From positions 13,392,001 to 13,456,000 of the forward strand of contig NC_087436.1 in assembly GCF_036321535.1 (NCBI RefSeq): a stretch of DNA of 64,000 nucleotides, read 5' to 3'. This stretch comes from Camelus dromedarius (taxonomy: Eukaryota). The notes beneath the pieces are model-generated. The model had not been told where the DNA came from. It was given only the letters and a program-made list of their open reading frames with translations, and searched no databases. Position numbers and translations under genes: made by a program. Shown piece by piece: positions 1 through 12,400 of this stretch (the first letter of the stretch is position 1; each line of letters starts with the position of its first letter).

Positions 1-960
1 CCAAAAGTTGTGGGATGGAAATTAAGAAGGGCTTTGTGGATAAGATACTGCCTGAGGCAGAGCTTGAAGAACAGAGAGAATTTCAATGATCTGTGTATCT
101 GCCCGTGTCAAGACAGACTGGTTGAGATCTGTAGGATGTGTTTGGAGAATGATGAGCAGTTTAATTTGCTCAGTGTCAGAAAAGCTGAGAGGCATATGCA
201 CAGAACCCAGGATGGAATCAGAACATCTGATGGTTTTTGAGCAAGCAGGTGGCATGATCAGAATGTGATCACATGATGAATATGCTGACAAAAGCACAGA
301 AAATGGGCTGGAATAGAAAGCTGAAGGGGCAGGAACAGTTGGAAGGTGTCCTCATGACCTGGGCAAGACTGGTTGAAGGAACTGGGCAAGGGAGCACTGA
401 TTGCACAATAGTGCAGAATTAGACTTGATAGGACTCCAAGTGAGTTGGTCATTTATTGACTGTGGGGGCCAATAAATGAGGAGGAGTTGGAGAGGACACC
501 AAGGTTTTGAACTTGAGTGCTTGGAGGACATAGAGCTATTTACAGGTACAAGGACATTAAAGGAAGAACCTGGTTTGTGTCAAGATGATTTCTTTTTGAA
601 CATGTTGAATTAAAGATGCTTGAGGACATCCAAGTGAAATCCCCTAGCTGCTGGTTGGAACCATGGGATCAGAGGTTGGGAAAGGAGATATGGGTAAAGG
701 GGCAGAAATGTGGTTGTCTTTTTCACAGAGGAGTGATTAATATGCATAAAGTCTGATCATAGAACTTTGGTTAGAGAAAAACTTACAGAGAAAGAGATGG
801 AAGAATTGGCGATAAAAATCAGAGAGAGGGTTTAATGAGGGAAGCAAATGAGGGAGGAGTACTCAACAACAATGCCAAATGCTGAAAGACATACATGTAA
901 GTAAGAGAGCAGAACAAAGGGCTGGATTTAGCAGTTAGCGAGACAACGAAGAAACCTCAA
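1..960 (-). mobile_element. Ancient LINE L2 fragment (donor of the inverted duplication)
   Basis: Motifs such as TTTTTGAACATGTTGAATTAAAGATGCTTGAGGACATCCAAGTGAAAT and GGATTTAGCAGTTAG resemble the antisense strand of the L2 consensus. Confidence 0.7.
21..772. repeat. Left arm of ~750-bp inverted duplication (L2-derived sequence)
   Basis: Manual alignment to the reverse complement of 2361-3106: identical over 107-205 and 225-493, two indels of ~9-12 bp, scattered substitutions elsewhere. The ORF track shows the same 64-aa peptide at 258-452(-) and 2690-2884(+). Confidence 0.97.
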
Positions 961-1535
961 GACGTCGAGAAAATAGACCATCCTGAACCATCAATCGTGG
1001 TCTGTCTTGCTATGTTTAAACAGGAGGCTGTCAGCCTCTGATTAAGAGCATCGATTCTGTTTTCAGACTCAAATCCCTGATCTTTTAAAGAGTTAAAAGC
1101 TCTTGGACAAGCAAGGCAAGCTCCCTTCCTCATATAGGAAGCCTTATATATATAAGACAATTTTATCTTCTTCATCTGTGAAAATGCAGGTTTTGTCCAG
1201 TGATCTAGGTGTTATTATTGATAATGCTCACTGCACTGAATGGGCTGGACACCTGAATGTTCTACTTAGCTCATTACACCTCATAGGTTAAGAAATATTC
1301 TTAGGGAAGAACTATATAACCAAAGGGAGCCCATATGTATTTCTCACAGGTTAAACACATGTTTCATATAATGTGTGCCATCCTCTCATCCCTCTACTTG
1401 CGTTCATTCCCAAACCAAGGATTAAAAAAAAAAGAAGAAAGAAAAAAAAAGCAGAATACAGAGTACAAAGGCAAGAAATTCTAATTCACTGATTAAAAAC
1501 TAGATGACCTTTTAAGGAAGTTATAGGGCTGCATG

Positions 1536-1549
1536 GTTACTATGGAAAC
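1536..1549. promoter_or_regulatory. RFX X-box motif
   Basis: GTTACTATGGAAAC fits the X-box consensus GTYNCYATRGNAAC at every position. Sequence match only; function untested. Confidence 0.45.
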
Positions 1550-2245
1550 AAGCAAAATGCAGACCTATGGAGATGATTCTAACATAACAACTACAAATGA
1601 ACATTTCCAAATACAAGGAGGTGTTCCTTTTCTATTCAAATGTGTGGGAAAGGGCAAATATACTCCAATCATCAGCCAAACCTGGACAATGTGCAATGTA
1701 ACAAATTAGATAAAGATGTTTGACGTTTCTCTTCTATAGTAAACTGAAGTGGTCATAAAATGCAAAATACTTTATCCCAAATGCGCTACAATTTTACAGG
1801 CTTAAGGCAAGGAGGAGAATGGAGTCTATTTCCTTCTCATTCTTGTTTAATTTTTTTTAATGACTAAAGGGCTAGTGAGAGTACAGGCTGACTCTGGTAT
1901 ATTTCTGGTGGGGTGAGGGCAGGGTTAAGAGTTCAGCCATTTTATTTTGCTTCTTAAGTAATTCTTATATCGTGTTTTTGCTGTTGCAGAGTGTGCACAA
2001 CTTTAATGTTTGTAAAACGCTGGTAGGGAACTGATCTCGCAGGAAGATATTTTGAAGTCAGGAGGAGACAGAAGGCTTGCCAGGCACGAGGCTTTCTGAT
2101 CTGTAAAATCATACTTTGAAACAGATGGGCTTATCATGTGCTATATGCTGGGTTTAAGCCATGTTGGGGTGTATAAATGAGGGTTAGCTGACCATCACAA
2201 ATCACACAGACAAGTGAAATATTAAGAAAGAAGAAAGCATTATAA

Positions 2246-3200
2246 CAGGTTCCTCAGCCTCAGAAATACTGACATTTAAGCCTGGTAAAAAGAAAGAGGT
2301 TATCCTGTGCTTAGTAAGGTGTTTAGCAGCATCCTTGGCTTCTATTCACTAATCATTTCCAACCAAAGTTCTATGATCAGACTTTATCCACATTAATCAC
2401 TCCTCTGTGAAAAAGACAACCACATTTCTGCCCCTTTACCCATATCTCCGTTTCCAATCCCTGATCCCATGGTTCAAACCAGCAGCTAGGGGATTTCACT
2501 TGAATGTCCTCAAGCATCTTTAATTCAACATGTTCAAAAAGAAATCATCTTGACACAAACCAGCTTCTCCCTTTAACGTCCTTGTACCTGTGAAACCTGT
2601 GAATAGCTCTATGACTTCCAAGTCCTCAGGTTCAAAACCTTGGTGTCTTCTCCAACTCCTCCTCATTTATTGGCCCCCACAGTCAATAAATGACCAACTC
2701 ACTTGGAGTCCTATCAAGTCTAATTCTGCACTATTGTGCAATCAGTGCTCCCTTGCCCAGTTCCTTCAACCAGTCTTGCCCAGGTCATGAGGACACCTTC
2801 CAACTGTTCCTGCCCCTTCAGCTTTCTATTCCAGCCCATTTTCTGTGCTTTTGTCAGCATATTCATCATGTGATCACATTCTGATCATGCCACCTGCTTG
2901 CTCAAAAACCATCAGATATTCCTGATTCTGTGCATATGCCTCTCAGCTTTTCTGACACTGAGCAAATTAAACTGCTCATCATTCTCCAAACACATCCTAC
3001 AGATCTCAACCAGTCTGTCTTGACTCGGGAAGACACACAGACCATTGAAATTCTCTCTATTCTTCAAACTCTGCCTCAATACCTCATCCACAAAGCCTTT
3101 CTTAAATCCCCTCCATCATGAGAACCACAATGCCTCTAAGCATTGCTGAGCGAAGAGGGCGGGGTGGGGGGAGACTTGCTCCTGGCTTAAGAACCATTGA
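2246..3200 (-). mobile_element. MER20 (hAT-Charlie) split into two collinear halves (~2246-2353 and ~3107-3200) by the inverted duplicate
   Basis: CAGGTTCCTCAGCCTCAG...TCCTGTGCTTAGTAAGGTGTTTAGCAGCATCCTTGGCTTCTATTCACTA matches the first part of the reverse-complemented MER20 consensus; CATGAGAACCACAATGCCTCTAAGCATTGC...TTGCTCCTGGCTTAAGAACCATTG matches the rest, including the terminus. Confidence 0.8.
2361..3106. repeat. Right arm of ~750-bp inverted duplication
   Basis: Reverse complement of 21-772; 2649-2917 is perfectly complementary to 225-493. Confidence 0.97.
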
Positions 3201-3849
3201 ATATAGAAATAGGCTCACAGATGATCACTTGAAATCTTCCTTTTATAAAGATATTTTGCAAAAAATAATCACTTCTGTATTTTTTACGAAAGAAGTTGGG
3301 GAATTCAAATTTCTCAATATTTGTCATATTGGCGAAAGGATTCCTGTGTTTAGTCACCAAATCAAAGCAATAATCCTGGCATGTTTGCCATTCCCAACAT
3401 CGTCAAGAGATTCATACATACAATTCCACAACAAAACCCAGATGTTTCTTTACATTTTGAAATACCTTTTGTCACATTGGATGTCTGTTATCAAAGGAAC
3501 CTAAATTCTACACCCAAGATTTGAACTGTGGGTCAAGAGTCAGGGGACAAGGATTATAAAAATGAATCTTATTAAGTTTATTTAAGTCTATGGAGTAATT
3601 TTTGAAGAAATAAACTTGCACAATTCTTTCCAAAGATGGCACAAAGTCATTAATTAGATTATCATCGTATATTTTTATTTCTTGACTTGATGACTTTAGA
3701 TGTGGTTGGGATTCACAAAAACTATGGATGATTGACACTTCTTCCCTTTCTGTCTTGTAGTAATCATCTTTTGGGTTCATTCACAAAAACAAAAAATTAA
3801 TCAAACATAGAAAGCAGGAGAATTTGTAGAAGAAACCATTAGACTTATT

Positions 3850-3950
3850 GGTTCTCAACTCAATTTATCTGGACCTCAATTTCTCATCATTAAATGTTGA
3901 AGCTTAGATTATCTTATCTCTACAGCCCCTTCCCATGCTAACATTGCTTG
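3850..3950. mobile_element. MIR/MIR3 SINE fragment
   Basis: TCTGGACCTCAATTTCTCATC...ATCTCTACAGCCCCTTCC core-like motif. Confidence 0.5.
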
Positions 3951-6900
3951 TATTTTTTTTAAATCCAAGACACTGCATAGAAAATATTGGGTAAGGTAAG
4001 AATTCTTGAAACCATGTTTTCCATTCTGATACTCTTATATTCAGATTTGCCTAGGCTTTGTAGAGGCACTGTGTTCTGTTTCAGACAGGAGAGCAAAAAT
4101 CTCTCTGTGGAAATCTTGGGTCATGTAGTGTCTGTCTTTTATCATAGCACAGCAGAACACCTTTTCTTCCACTATGACAAGCCTATGAGTTGGTTATTCT
4201 GAAGAGAAAAAGAGGATTTAGTGTAGAAAAAGGGAAATCTCAAACTTCTGGCCTGGGGAGTTGGGGAAAGAAGGTATGAGATGATTAGTTTACTTAAAAT
4301 CCTTCCATTTCCCCAAGAAACTTCATTTCTGGTTTTGTTGTTATTGTTAAAACAAGAAAGAAAAAAAAAAGGAAGAGGTGATCTCCCAAATCAGAAAAAC
4401 TAGAAGATTCAATCAAGGCTACTTCTTTTCAAGGTGGTAAGATTTGGCACATTGTGCTAGTACCCTTATAAGTCCCTAGAATATGGCCATGTCCCAACCT
4501 GGATCCATAATATCACTTTGGCCATAATTTTGGCCAAAACCATCAATGGCTCTCTTTCTTTACAATGAAATGATTTCATGCAATTAAAATAGTTTATTAT
4601 TCAAACTTCCTCTCCTTGAAATCAGACCAGCTGATTGGAGAAAAACCTCTGCTGATAGGAATGAAAATGCATCCCAAGCTACGAAAGGAGAAAGCTGTGG
4701 TCTTCACCACATGACTTTGTCCAAACTGAAGTTTTTATTTCCCCATACAAGGATTTCTTATATACTTTAAAGTAAGGTCTTTGTGTGGAGCAGGCTCACT
4801 GATGAGTCCCGAAAGTAAAGGAACCCAAACAGGCAAAGATTCTTTACTAGGTGGGGTGGATTCACAAAGGTGGAGTGGATTCACAGACCCTGCCTTAAGG
4901 TTTTTTGCAGAGGTTTTGGGAAACTTCTTAGGACTATGACAGAATCTTACTCTTTCCACTTTTTGTCCCCCGCCCCCACCCGACCAGCTGTCCCACAGCT
5001 TTCAAAACATCCTGATAATTTTTTATGTAGTACTACATATTTTTATTAGGATCTTTCAGTGTATTAGGATTTGTTTAGAGCTCTTGGGTTTTCAGTGTTT
5101 TGGTTGGGACTTCACTTTTATGAGGTGTTAGGGCCGAAGAGGGGGTATGTTTTGTTTTTATTTTGATTGCCACACGCTCTTCTAACCCTTCCCCGGTGTT
5201 GACCCCTCTAAAAAGATGATAATCTCATTTCCTGCTTTGCAAGAGAAATACTTACCAGGTCAAGAATTGTAATCAGGTTTAGACAGTTATTTTAGCCTTC
5301 CTTTTTCATCCCACTGACATTAAACCAAGATGAATCAAAATATGTGTTCCACGCATTTTTTGCAAATATTCTTGAAATAGGCACATGGGTTCAGTTCTGT
5401 TCTGGAATGGTCTGTTCCAAAGAATCGCAGCGTTCTGATCCTCCTTCATTGTTAGCATTGTGTTTCTAGCAAGTACACCAAAGAAACCTTTCCACTGGAC
5501 ACAACCTTAAAAAACTAAATTTCACCTGAAAGTAGATGACCTGAATAAGGAACATTAAATGTTTTTCCTTCCAAGACCCATGGAAGAAGAAAGCTATGAA
5601 GCTCAAATATATTTTTTAAAATTTCAAAACCACTTGCTTACAGATCCAAAGTGGGAATCTAGTTTCTTTTCTCACTCTGAAACTGGTGAAAAGGACCAAT
5701 TTAATTGTGTAATCTGCTACCCTACTCTTGTGATTGAATCTGAACCAGTATGACATATAAGAAGTCTCAAAGGAGAACAGAACAGTAGTTTTCTTTATGC
5801 TGGGAACACCTGTTAAGAGGTTATAGTTGGGTTTATATACAGCAAGTAGAACGCCAGTCTTCTCTCCCTCCGTGTAAAAAAAAAAAAAAAGCCTCATTAA
5901 AACATATTCTTTGCCAAAGTTTCATTGCTCAAAAGAGTCTAGGTAACTTTTTCAACCCACAGGAACTCTACAAATCGTGCTTTCAAACTCTGCAAAAGTG
6001 TTCTTGTAAATTCTGAGCTTAAATATATTGCCCATCATTTTCTAGGCTAATGTGGTTTCTGGATTCATATCTATTTAGTGACAATAGTGATTCAATAAGT
6101 TATTCCCTAATTAGCCAGCACTTTACATACATATTCTGCTACCACTCTACATATTTATCTCCTAAGTGTAACTAAGAGGTTAGCATAACATACGTTCAGG
6201 AAAGTCGACAGGTAACCAGATCATTTAAAACAGAATGAAGATATCACATACTCCACCACAGGAAACTTCCCGCCAACATGGAAGACAGAGTCAACACAGA
6301 GGAAACCTCCATTCTACTCCAAACACCTAGACGTGCTGGAAAAAAATAATAACAATAATAACAAAAGAAAATGAGGCTGAGTGTGCAAACAGGAAAGAGA
6401 AATTTCCATATAACGGAAAAAAAAGAGAGAACTCAAAACCAGAGTGATGAGCTGAAAGCAAATGACCACACACGATCAGTTTCAGATCTGGGTTCGAGGG
6501 CTGAGGTCTGGGTTTAACATACAAAATACAAGGACTCAGTCCCAAGAAAAATGGAAGGATTGAACTGTGCCTTCCAAATAAAGCTGGGGGCATAAAGGGC
6601 TGCCCTGTATAAGCACAAGATAAGGAATGAAACACCTCTGCCCACCTTCCTGGGCTGGCATCAAGGTCTTAACTCCAGGCCATGCTCAGGAGTGCAGTCT
6701 AAATTCTACTCCCAAGAGCCACAGAAATCCAAGAGTGACACATTAACCTAAACAGTAGGCTGAAACACTGAAGTCGGTTGGGTCCTCACTCACACCAACT
6801 CCAAGCCACTCAACAGGGAAACAATGACCCAGGGGACATGAGGCTCCCAAGGCAACCTCTGTGGCAGGTCAGTGAACAACAAAGTCTGACCAGTCATACT

Positions 6901-7835
6901 TTGAGGAGCAAACCACCAAACAATGGGAGAAATGGCACCTCAACGGTTAGAGGGTATGGGTCCACTTGAAAAAGTATTTAAAACAAATGTTTATGATATT
7001 CAAAAAGATAAAGAGAGAAAAAGATGTGGTACCACTGTCTTCAGATTTAGAACATAGTTCTGTCCATCAAAGGACCAAGGAGAGGGCAGAGTCTAGCTCT
7101 GATGAAAAGTACTACATGCACTTGAGAAGAGTCACTTCTCTAGCCTGAATACACAGTTTGTTTTCAGAGTAAAACACCCATGTCAAGAAATGCTGTTAGT
7201 TCATACGAGTGACATCAGGAATTATGTCGAACCACATATGGTTTGATAGTCTTTTTCCTCGAGCTAGAAAGATTGCACTGACAAGAGTAAAAAAACCATG
7301 CAATCTTCTTTGACTTTTTGGCAGACTTTAGGCTGGAAGTTTTATTTGCTACATACCAGCTTTAATCTTCTTCCAAAGGTGAAATGAGGGGCCTTGGGGA
7401 GAATTTTGATTCTCTGCTCTTCCTCTCTAGTAAAATTTCTCATTTGTTGTAATTTTTTCCAGAACTGATAAACTCTATAAAATTTTTTTTCCAATCATGA
7501 TGACCAAGTAGTTTCCTCTTTCTCTTGTTTCCGGTAATTTTCAAAGTGGAAAGAAATTCCCTAAAGAGAGCCAGGATTGCTATTCCTAAACAAGTCACTC
7601 CAGAAACCCAAGTCACAACGTTAGTCTTGTCCCTAATGAGATTCCTGACCTTAAGCAAATTATCATCAAAAAAATAGAATTTTCCCTAAAAATGTTACTG
7701 GAAGGTTAAGTGATAGCATACTCCTAGCAAATGCTGGTTTCTTACCTGCCTATCAGCTTTCAATCAATAATATTCAATTGCATTGGCTTGGTTCACTTAT
7801 GAATTTTAAGATGTTATTCATCTAAAGGATAGTCA

Positions 7836-8465
7836 AACCCAGCAATTCCACTCTTGGGTGTACAACCAGAAAAAAAAACAAAAACACTAACTTAAAAAGA
7901 TACACACACCCCAATGTTCACAGCAGCACTATTTACAATAGCCAAGATATGGAAACAACTGAAGTTCCCATCAACAGACAAATGGATAAAGAGGATGTGG
8001 TGTACATACACACAATAGAATATTACTCAGCCATTAAAAAGAATGAAATTCTGCCATTTGCAGCAACATGGATGGACCTAGAGAATAGTCCATATGCATA
8101 GTGAAATAAGTCAGACAAAGAAAGACAAATACTGTATGGTATCATTTATAAGTGGAATCTAAAAAATAGTACAAAAGAAGGTACATAGCAAAACAGAAAA
8201 AGACTCACAGATATAGAAAACAAACTAGTGGTTACCAAAGGGTAGGGAGGAGGGACAAATGAGGGGTATGGGATTAAGCAATGTGAAGTATTACATATAA
8301 AATACATCAGCAACAAGGATATATTGTACAACACAGGAAGTTTTAGCCATTGTCGTCTAATACTTTCTATTAACTCTAAAAATACTGACTCCCTATGCTA
8401 TACACCTGAAACTAATATAATATTGTAAATCAACTACACTTCAATAAAAAATAAAATAAAATAAA
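7836..8465 (+). mobile_element. L1 3' end (ORF2 C-terminus + 3'UTR + A-rich tail)
   Basis: CCCAGCAATTCCACTCTTGGG...CCCAATGTTCACAGCAGCACTATTTACAATAGCCAAG...TGCCATTTGCAGCAACATGGATGGACCTAGAG; ends CTTCAATAAAAAATAAAATAAA. Confidence 0.93.
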
Positions 8466-9909
8466 CAGCCAAAAATATACAATAGCGCAGTTGCATTTGC
8501 AGAATCTCCTTGGAATGACTTGGTCCTCAGTTATTTTATGATACTGCCTGTTATTTAAATCTGGGTAATTTGTAGTTTGGCCATTGTTCAACCAGAAATG
8601 CAGGAAAAAGTAGTCCTCAGAAAAATCCTGAAGGACCACTATATTAACTATCTCCAGAATAAAAACTGAATATTTTCAGAGGGTAGTTGATTTTCACACC
8701 CTAAAGGTATAATAGAAATATGTAATTAAAGATTAAATTGCAGTGACTACTCAGGAGGGTAGCCACCCAACAAAAGGCTCCATATTTCTTATTGTGAACC
8801 CAATCATCTTCTTGAATACAGAGAGCTAACCCAAAATACGGAGCGAAAAATGAAACTTAGGTGGGAGTGATTAATACAAAGTCAATACTCAGCATTACAG
8901 GGAATGTTGATGAAGATAGTTCACTAGATAGCCATTACAGTATCATGTTATAAAGACAAATGTCCACTTGGTAAAAAGAACTTTGAGATAAGACGAAGCC
9001 CAGTCGTCATGATGAAACTGTATGCAGGAATAATCTGGTGGCAAGAGCTGCACATATTCAGTTGAATCTCAAAAAACTTGAGAAATAACAGTGCTTCAGA
9101 TTTCAACCTTAAAAAGCTTCAGAAAATCGCAGAGGAACCCTGCAATTAACAACCAAAGCAAAACAAGAAAAAACAGCATTAGAAGAAACATTTCCCCTGG
9201 GAGATACATGGTATCATGTCATATATTTACCATGTCATGTATACCATTGCACATCACTCATAGCACAAGAGGTGCAAAATAATGACATAGCTACAGAAAC
9301 TTCTAGAGAATTCAGCTTAATTTACATTACTGTCCTTGCTTTAATAGTGATGCTACCCTAATAGACCCTCAAATCTTTATTTGAGACTTTTCTAAGACAA
9401 TAACAAAGAAATTCCATGTTCTTTCATGACACCAAGTAAGATCAATCAAAAGATCTATTGAATATATGAAGGTTCAGGGAAAACCAGGCCTCAGCATTCT
9501 CTTAAAACTCTGAGAAGGCAGTGGAAAACAAAATCAAAACTACTCCCCAAAGTACCTCCATCCATAGTTCTTAAATGATCAGGCTTCACCATCTGGAATC
9601 AGTTGCCCTGTGATGGGGAAACAGATGTTCTATCAAAGTTGCTTTGTGATCAAACAGGCCAGGAGGAAGGGTAGGGCAGCTCCTGAAACACGCAGAGCCC
9701 TGGACTGAGATGAGAAAGGAAAGGGAAGATGAAGTACATGGTCGTAGGTCAGAAGTGAAATAAACAAGGCTAGGGATTATACTTTGGCCCCACTTATAAG
9801 CCAGCAGTCCTGCAGCAGACCAAGAACCACCACCACAGTTAGTCCTTGGGTTTCTGATCTAAAATGGCAAGTTTAAGAGAAAGATAAGCTTATTATTACG
9901 ATGTGTAAT

Positions 9910-10030
9910 CCCACTAGAATCTACATCTCAGAAGGGAAGTGGCTTTCCTCAGTTTTGTGCCTTGGGTGCAGTACGCCCTCACTATTTAAGTGCATGGATG
10001 GATGAATGGATGGGTGGGTGGATGGATAGA
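9910..10030 (+). mobile_element. L2 3' end with (GGAT/GAAT)n tail
   Basis: CCCACTAGAAT...; tail ATGGATGGATGAATGGATGGG. Confidence 0.5.
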
Positions 10031-10469
10031 GAAAGTTACTGCCCATTGAACCACACTCCTGATTTGGATGCTTCTCTATGACCTTTTAGGTTGACCCCAG
10101 CACATCCAAAGGCCCTCACATTCCAGTATCTTGGACAGACACTGTGGAAGCCCACTTCCGGCAGGCTAAGGATGGAAAACACAGCTGTAGGAGTTGCTCA
10201 TATGGATGTGGAATTTATTCCTGATCCAAGTTGAGGTCCAATTCACCCCTAGAATGTGAGTTATTAGGACCTTTATAAACTTTCCTCTATATGCTTTTAA
10301 AAAATTAAGTCTAATCTTTATGGACAAATCATCTTAGAGTTTATTAAACTAAAGTAGAGCTTATCTTTATTCTGTTTTCCTTCCCTTTTCAAAATAAAGG
10401 AACATAAAGTTCAGAAGTATGTAAAGAAAAGCAAAAGATCAATTTTGCACCTATTTAAAAGATTATATG

Positions 10470-10830
10470 ATTTTTCTTTTTTATATTGGTAAATGTGAAT
10501 TATATTCACTGCCTTTCAAGAATTAAAGGAAACTTGCATTTCTAGGATAACTCCTACTTTGTCATATCTTTTTACATGTTATTGGATTTAATATGCTGAT
10601 ATTTTATGAAATCTTTGGTATCTATGTTCATGAGGGATATTGGTTTGCAGTTTTCTTTGCTTTTTTTGCAAAATTTTGACAGATTTTAGCATCAGGGTTA
10701 TGTTGGTCTCTAAAGCCCATAGGGACGAAGTCAAATCTTCTGTTTCCTGAAAAAGTTTGTGTAATATTGATCTTTCTTCCTCAAATATTTACTAAAATTC
10801 ACCACTGCAACCCTCTGGACCTGGATATTT
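10470..10830 (-). mobile_element. Old L1 (L1M) ORF2 fragment
   Basis: TCTATGTTCATGAGGGATATTGGTTTGCAGTTTTCTT...TTTTAGCATCAGGGTTATGTTGG is the antisense of the L1 RT region. Confidence 0.8.
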
Positions 10831-11754
10831 CTTACAGCCAAAGACAAGTTTTGAGAACACATTTTATTCTAACCCAATTCACCTGAGAGATAGTACAGTA
10901 AACACCTCCTCTTGGTGTCCCATTTAAAATTTTTGAACCACTTTTTATTCAATCATCAGTCATAGTGACCATGAATAAAATTTCCTGTTTTTAATGAGAA
11001 ATGACCTGATCAGACCAGAGAATTAGAAGCCCAGTTTGGTAATCCAAACCCAAAGCCAGCAAGTCAAGCCTTGGGGACCAACACTTCCAGTGCTTTCCAA
11101 AGCACATTCAGTATAATTTGTCTTTTCTATCTCTGACATTCTAATCACTGCCCGTGTTCCTAATTTCCAGCAAAAAATAAAAGATCCTCAAGCCTGCCAA
11201 TGCACTGAAATCAGTTCAATGAAGTAAAAACTGCCAAGAGCAGGCAGATTTGAATTATTAACAGATACATATATACAATTTTTGCTTTTAATCCCTGTAT
11301 TGCCAAATCCAAGTTAGACTTTCAGGACTATTTCACTTACGTACAAAGCCAATGAAGGCAGATGACTCCATAAAGAAGAGATACATGTACTTTCAATGCG
11401 ACATTTTGTATTTTTCCATTCTCTCTTACAAGTCTCAACAAAGAATACATTTGCTCTACCTAACAGACTATGAAAATGTCATAGGTTATATGGATCAAAA
11501 GCCATTCAAATGTTTTCCAATCAAAAGACAAATCATGACCATAAAGGAATAAGGCTGAATTGTGAAAAAAAAATAAACTAAAACATATTCATTTCTTCTG
11601 ATGGCTGCATACTTACTCCAGTAGGTTTACATTCTTGGTTTATGTAAGAGACCCTTCCCTTAAAGCTGCCTTCAGAAGCCACACCCCATCCTCCAAAAGT
11701 CCTCAGTGGAGTGAGCTAGATTACTGTTAATAGATGAAAGTCATAAATGGCTGG

Positions 11755-12130
11755 GCTGCATGGTCTCCATCTGCCCCTCCAGTACCACTCTTCACGCCTC
11801 TCCACTCTGCTCTGTGTCCTGGGAGGCTGATCCACATGGGCTGTCCCAAGGCTCCCCAGCTCTCTGGCTTTCTCTCAAGTTTGACCAAAGGGAAACACCA
11901 TCAGAAATTGGCAGTCAAAGAAGAGTGTAAGCTCAGAGATGTGGCTGCCTTCCTCCTCCAAAGTCCCCAGCTCCATGGAGCACAAGGGCTCCCCTCTATC
12001 CCTTGTTGATTTCCCATTATCCTCACATCTTTTGTAAATAGACCCTTTATTAAAGACTCCTCAGTCACACACACACAAACACACACAATGTGAATCAGTA
12101 ATATGTTTCTGGCCCAAACCCTGACTAATA
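11755..12130 (+). mobile_element. ERVL solo LTR (LTR33-like)
   Basis: CCCCTCCAGTACCACTCTTCACGCCTCTCCACTCTGCTCTGTGTCCTGGGAGGCTGA start; CCCTTTATTAAA...CCCTGACTAATA end. Confidence 0.7.
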
Positions 12131-12179
12131 AAGGAGTCAAGTCTGCTGCACAAGGCAGATAATCAAGCTAGGTAACATG

Positions 12180-12400
12180 TCTTTTAGGACAAAAGATAGA
12201 CTGTATAACCATGAGAGCAATTTTTTGGAATTGCTCATTCATTGGCTCTGAAGTACTTTCCAAAAATGGAAGTTCAAAAATTGTTTGGAGCATATTCCAA
12301 ACATCTTGTCTCCAAAGATGACTGCTTTGATGGAAACACTATTCATTTCACTTTTAAATCTCTACATGTTTGTTATTTTTAAACATCTCATGACATTGTC
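12180..12400. mobile_element. MARNA-like (TcMar-Mariner) fragment
   Basis: GGAAGTTCAAAAATTGTTTGGAGCA...CTCCAAAGATGACTGCTTTGATGGAAACACT resembles the MARNA 3' region. Confidence 0.5.

Noticed and set aside
258..452. Identical 64-aa ORFs at 258-452(-) and 2690-2884(+)
   Set aside because: By-product of the identical core of the inverted duplication in L2-derived DNA; no coding signal.
4775..4825. Hammerhead-ribozyme-like core: GAGCAGGCTCA CTGATGA GTCCC GAAA GTAAAGG
   Set aside because: Stem II would be a single bp, no NUH cleavage triplet sits at the required position (it reads UG), and stem III does not pair in register. Probably chance; an Infernal search with Rfam hammerhead models would settle it.
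5250..5545. Minus-strand exon candidate with strong donor CTG|GTAAGTA at ~5255
   Set aside because: The frames I translated contain stops, several competing acceptors exist, and no homologue is recognised.
6240..7030. Possible old L1/HAL1 5' region
   Set aside because: Similarity too weak to assign without a database search.
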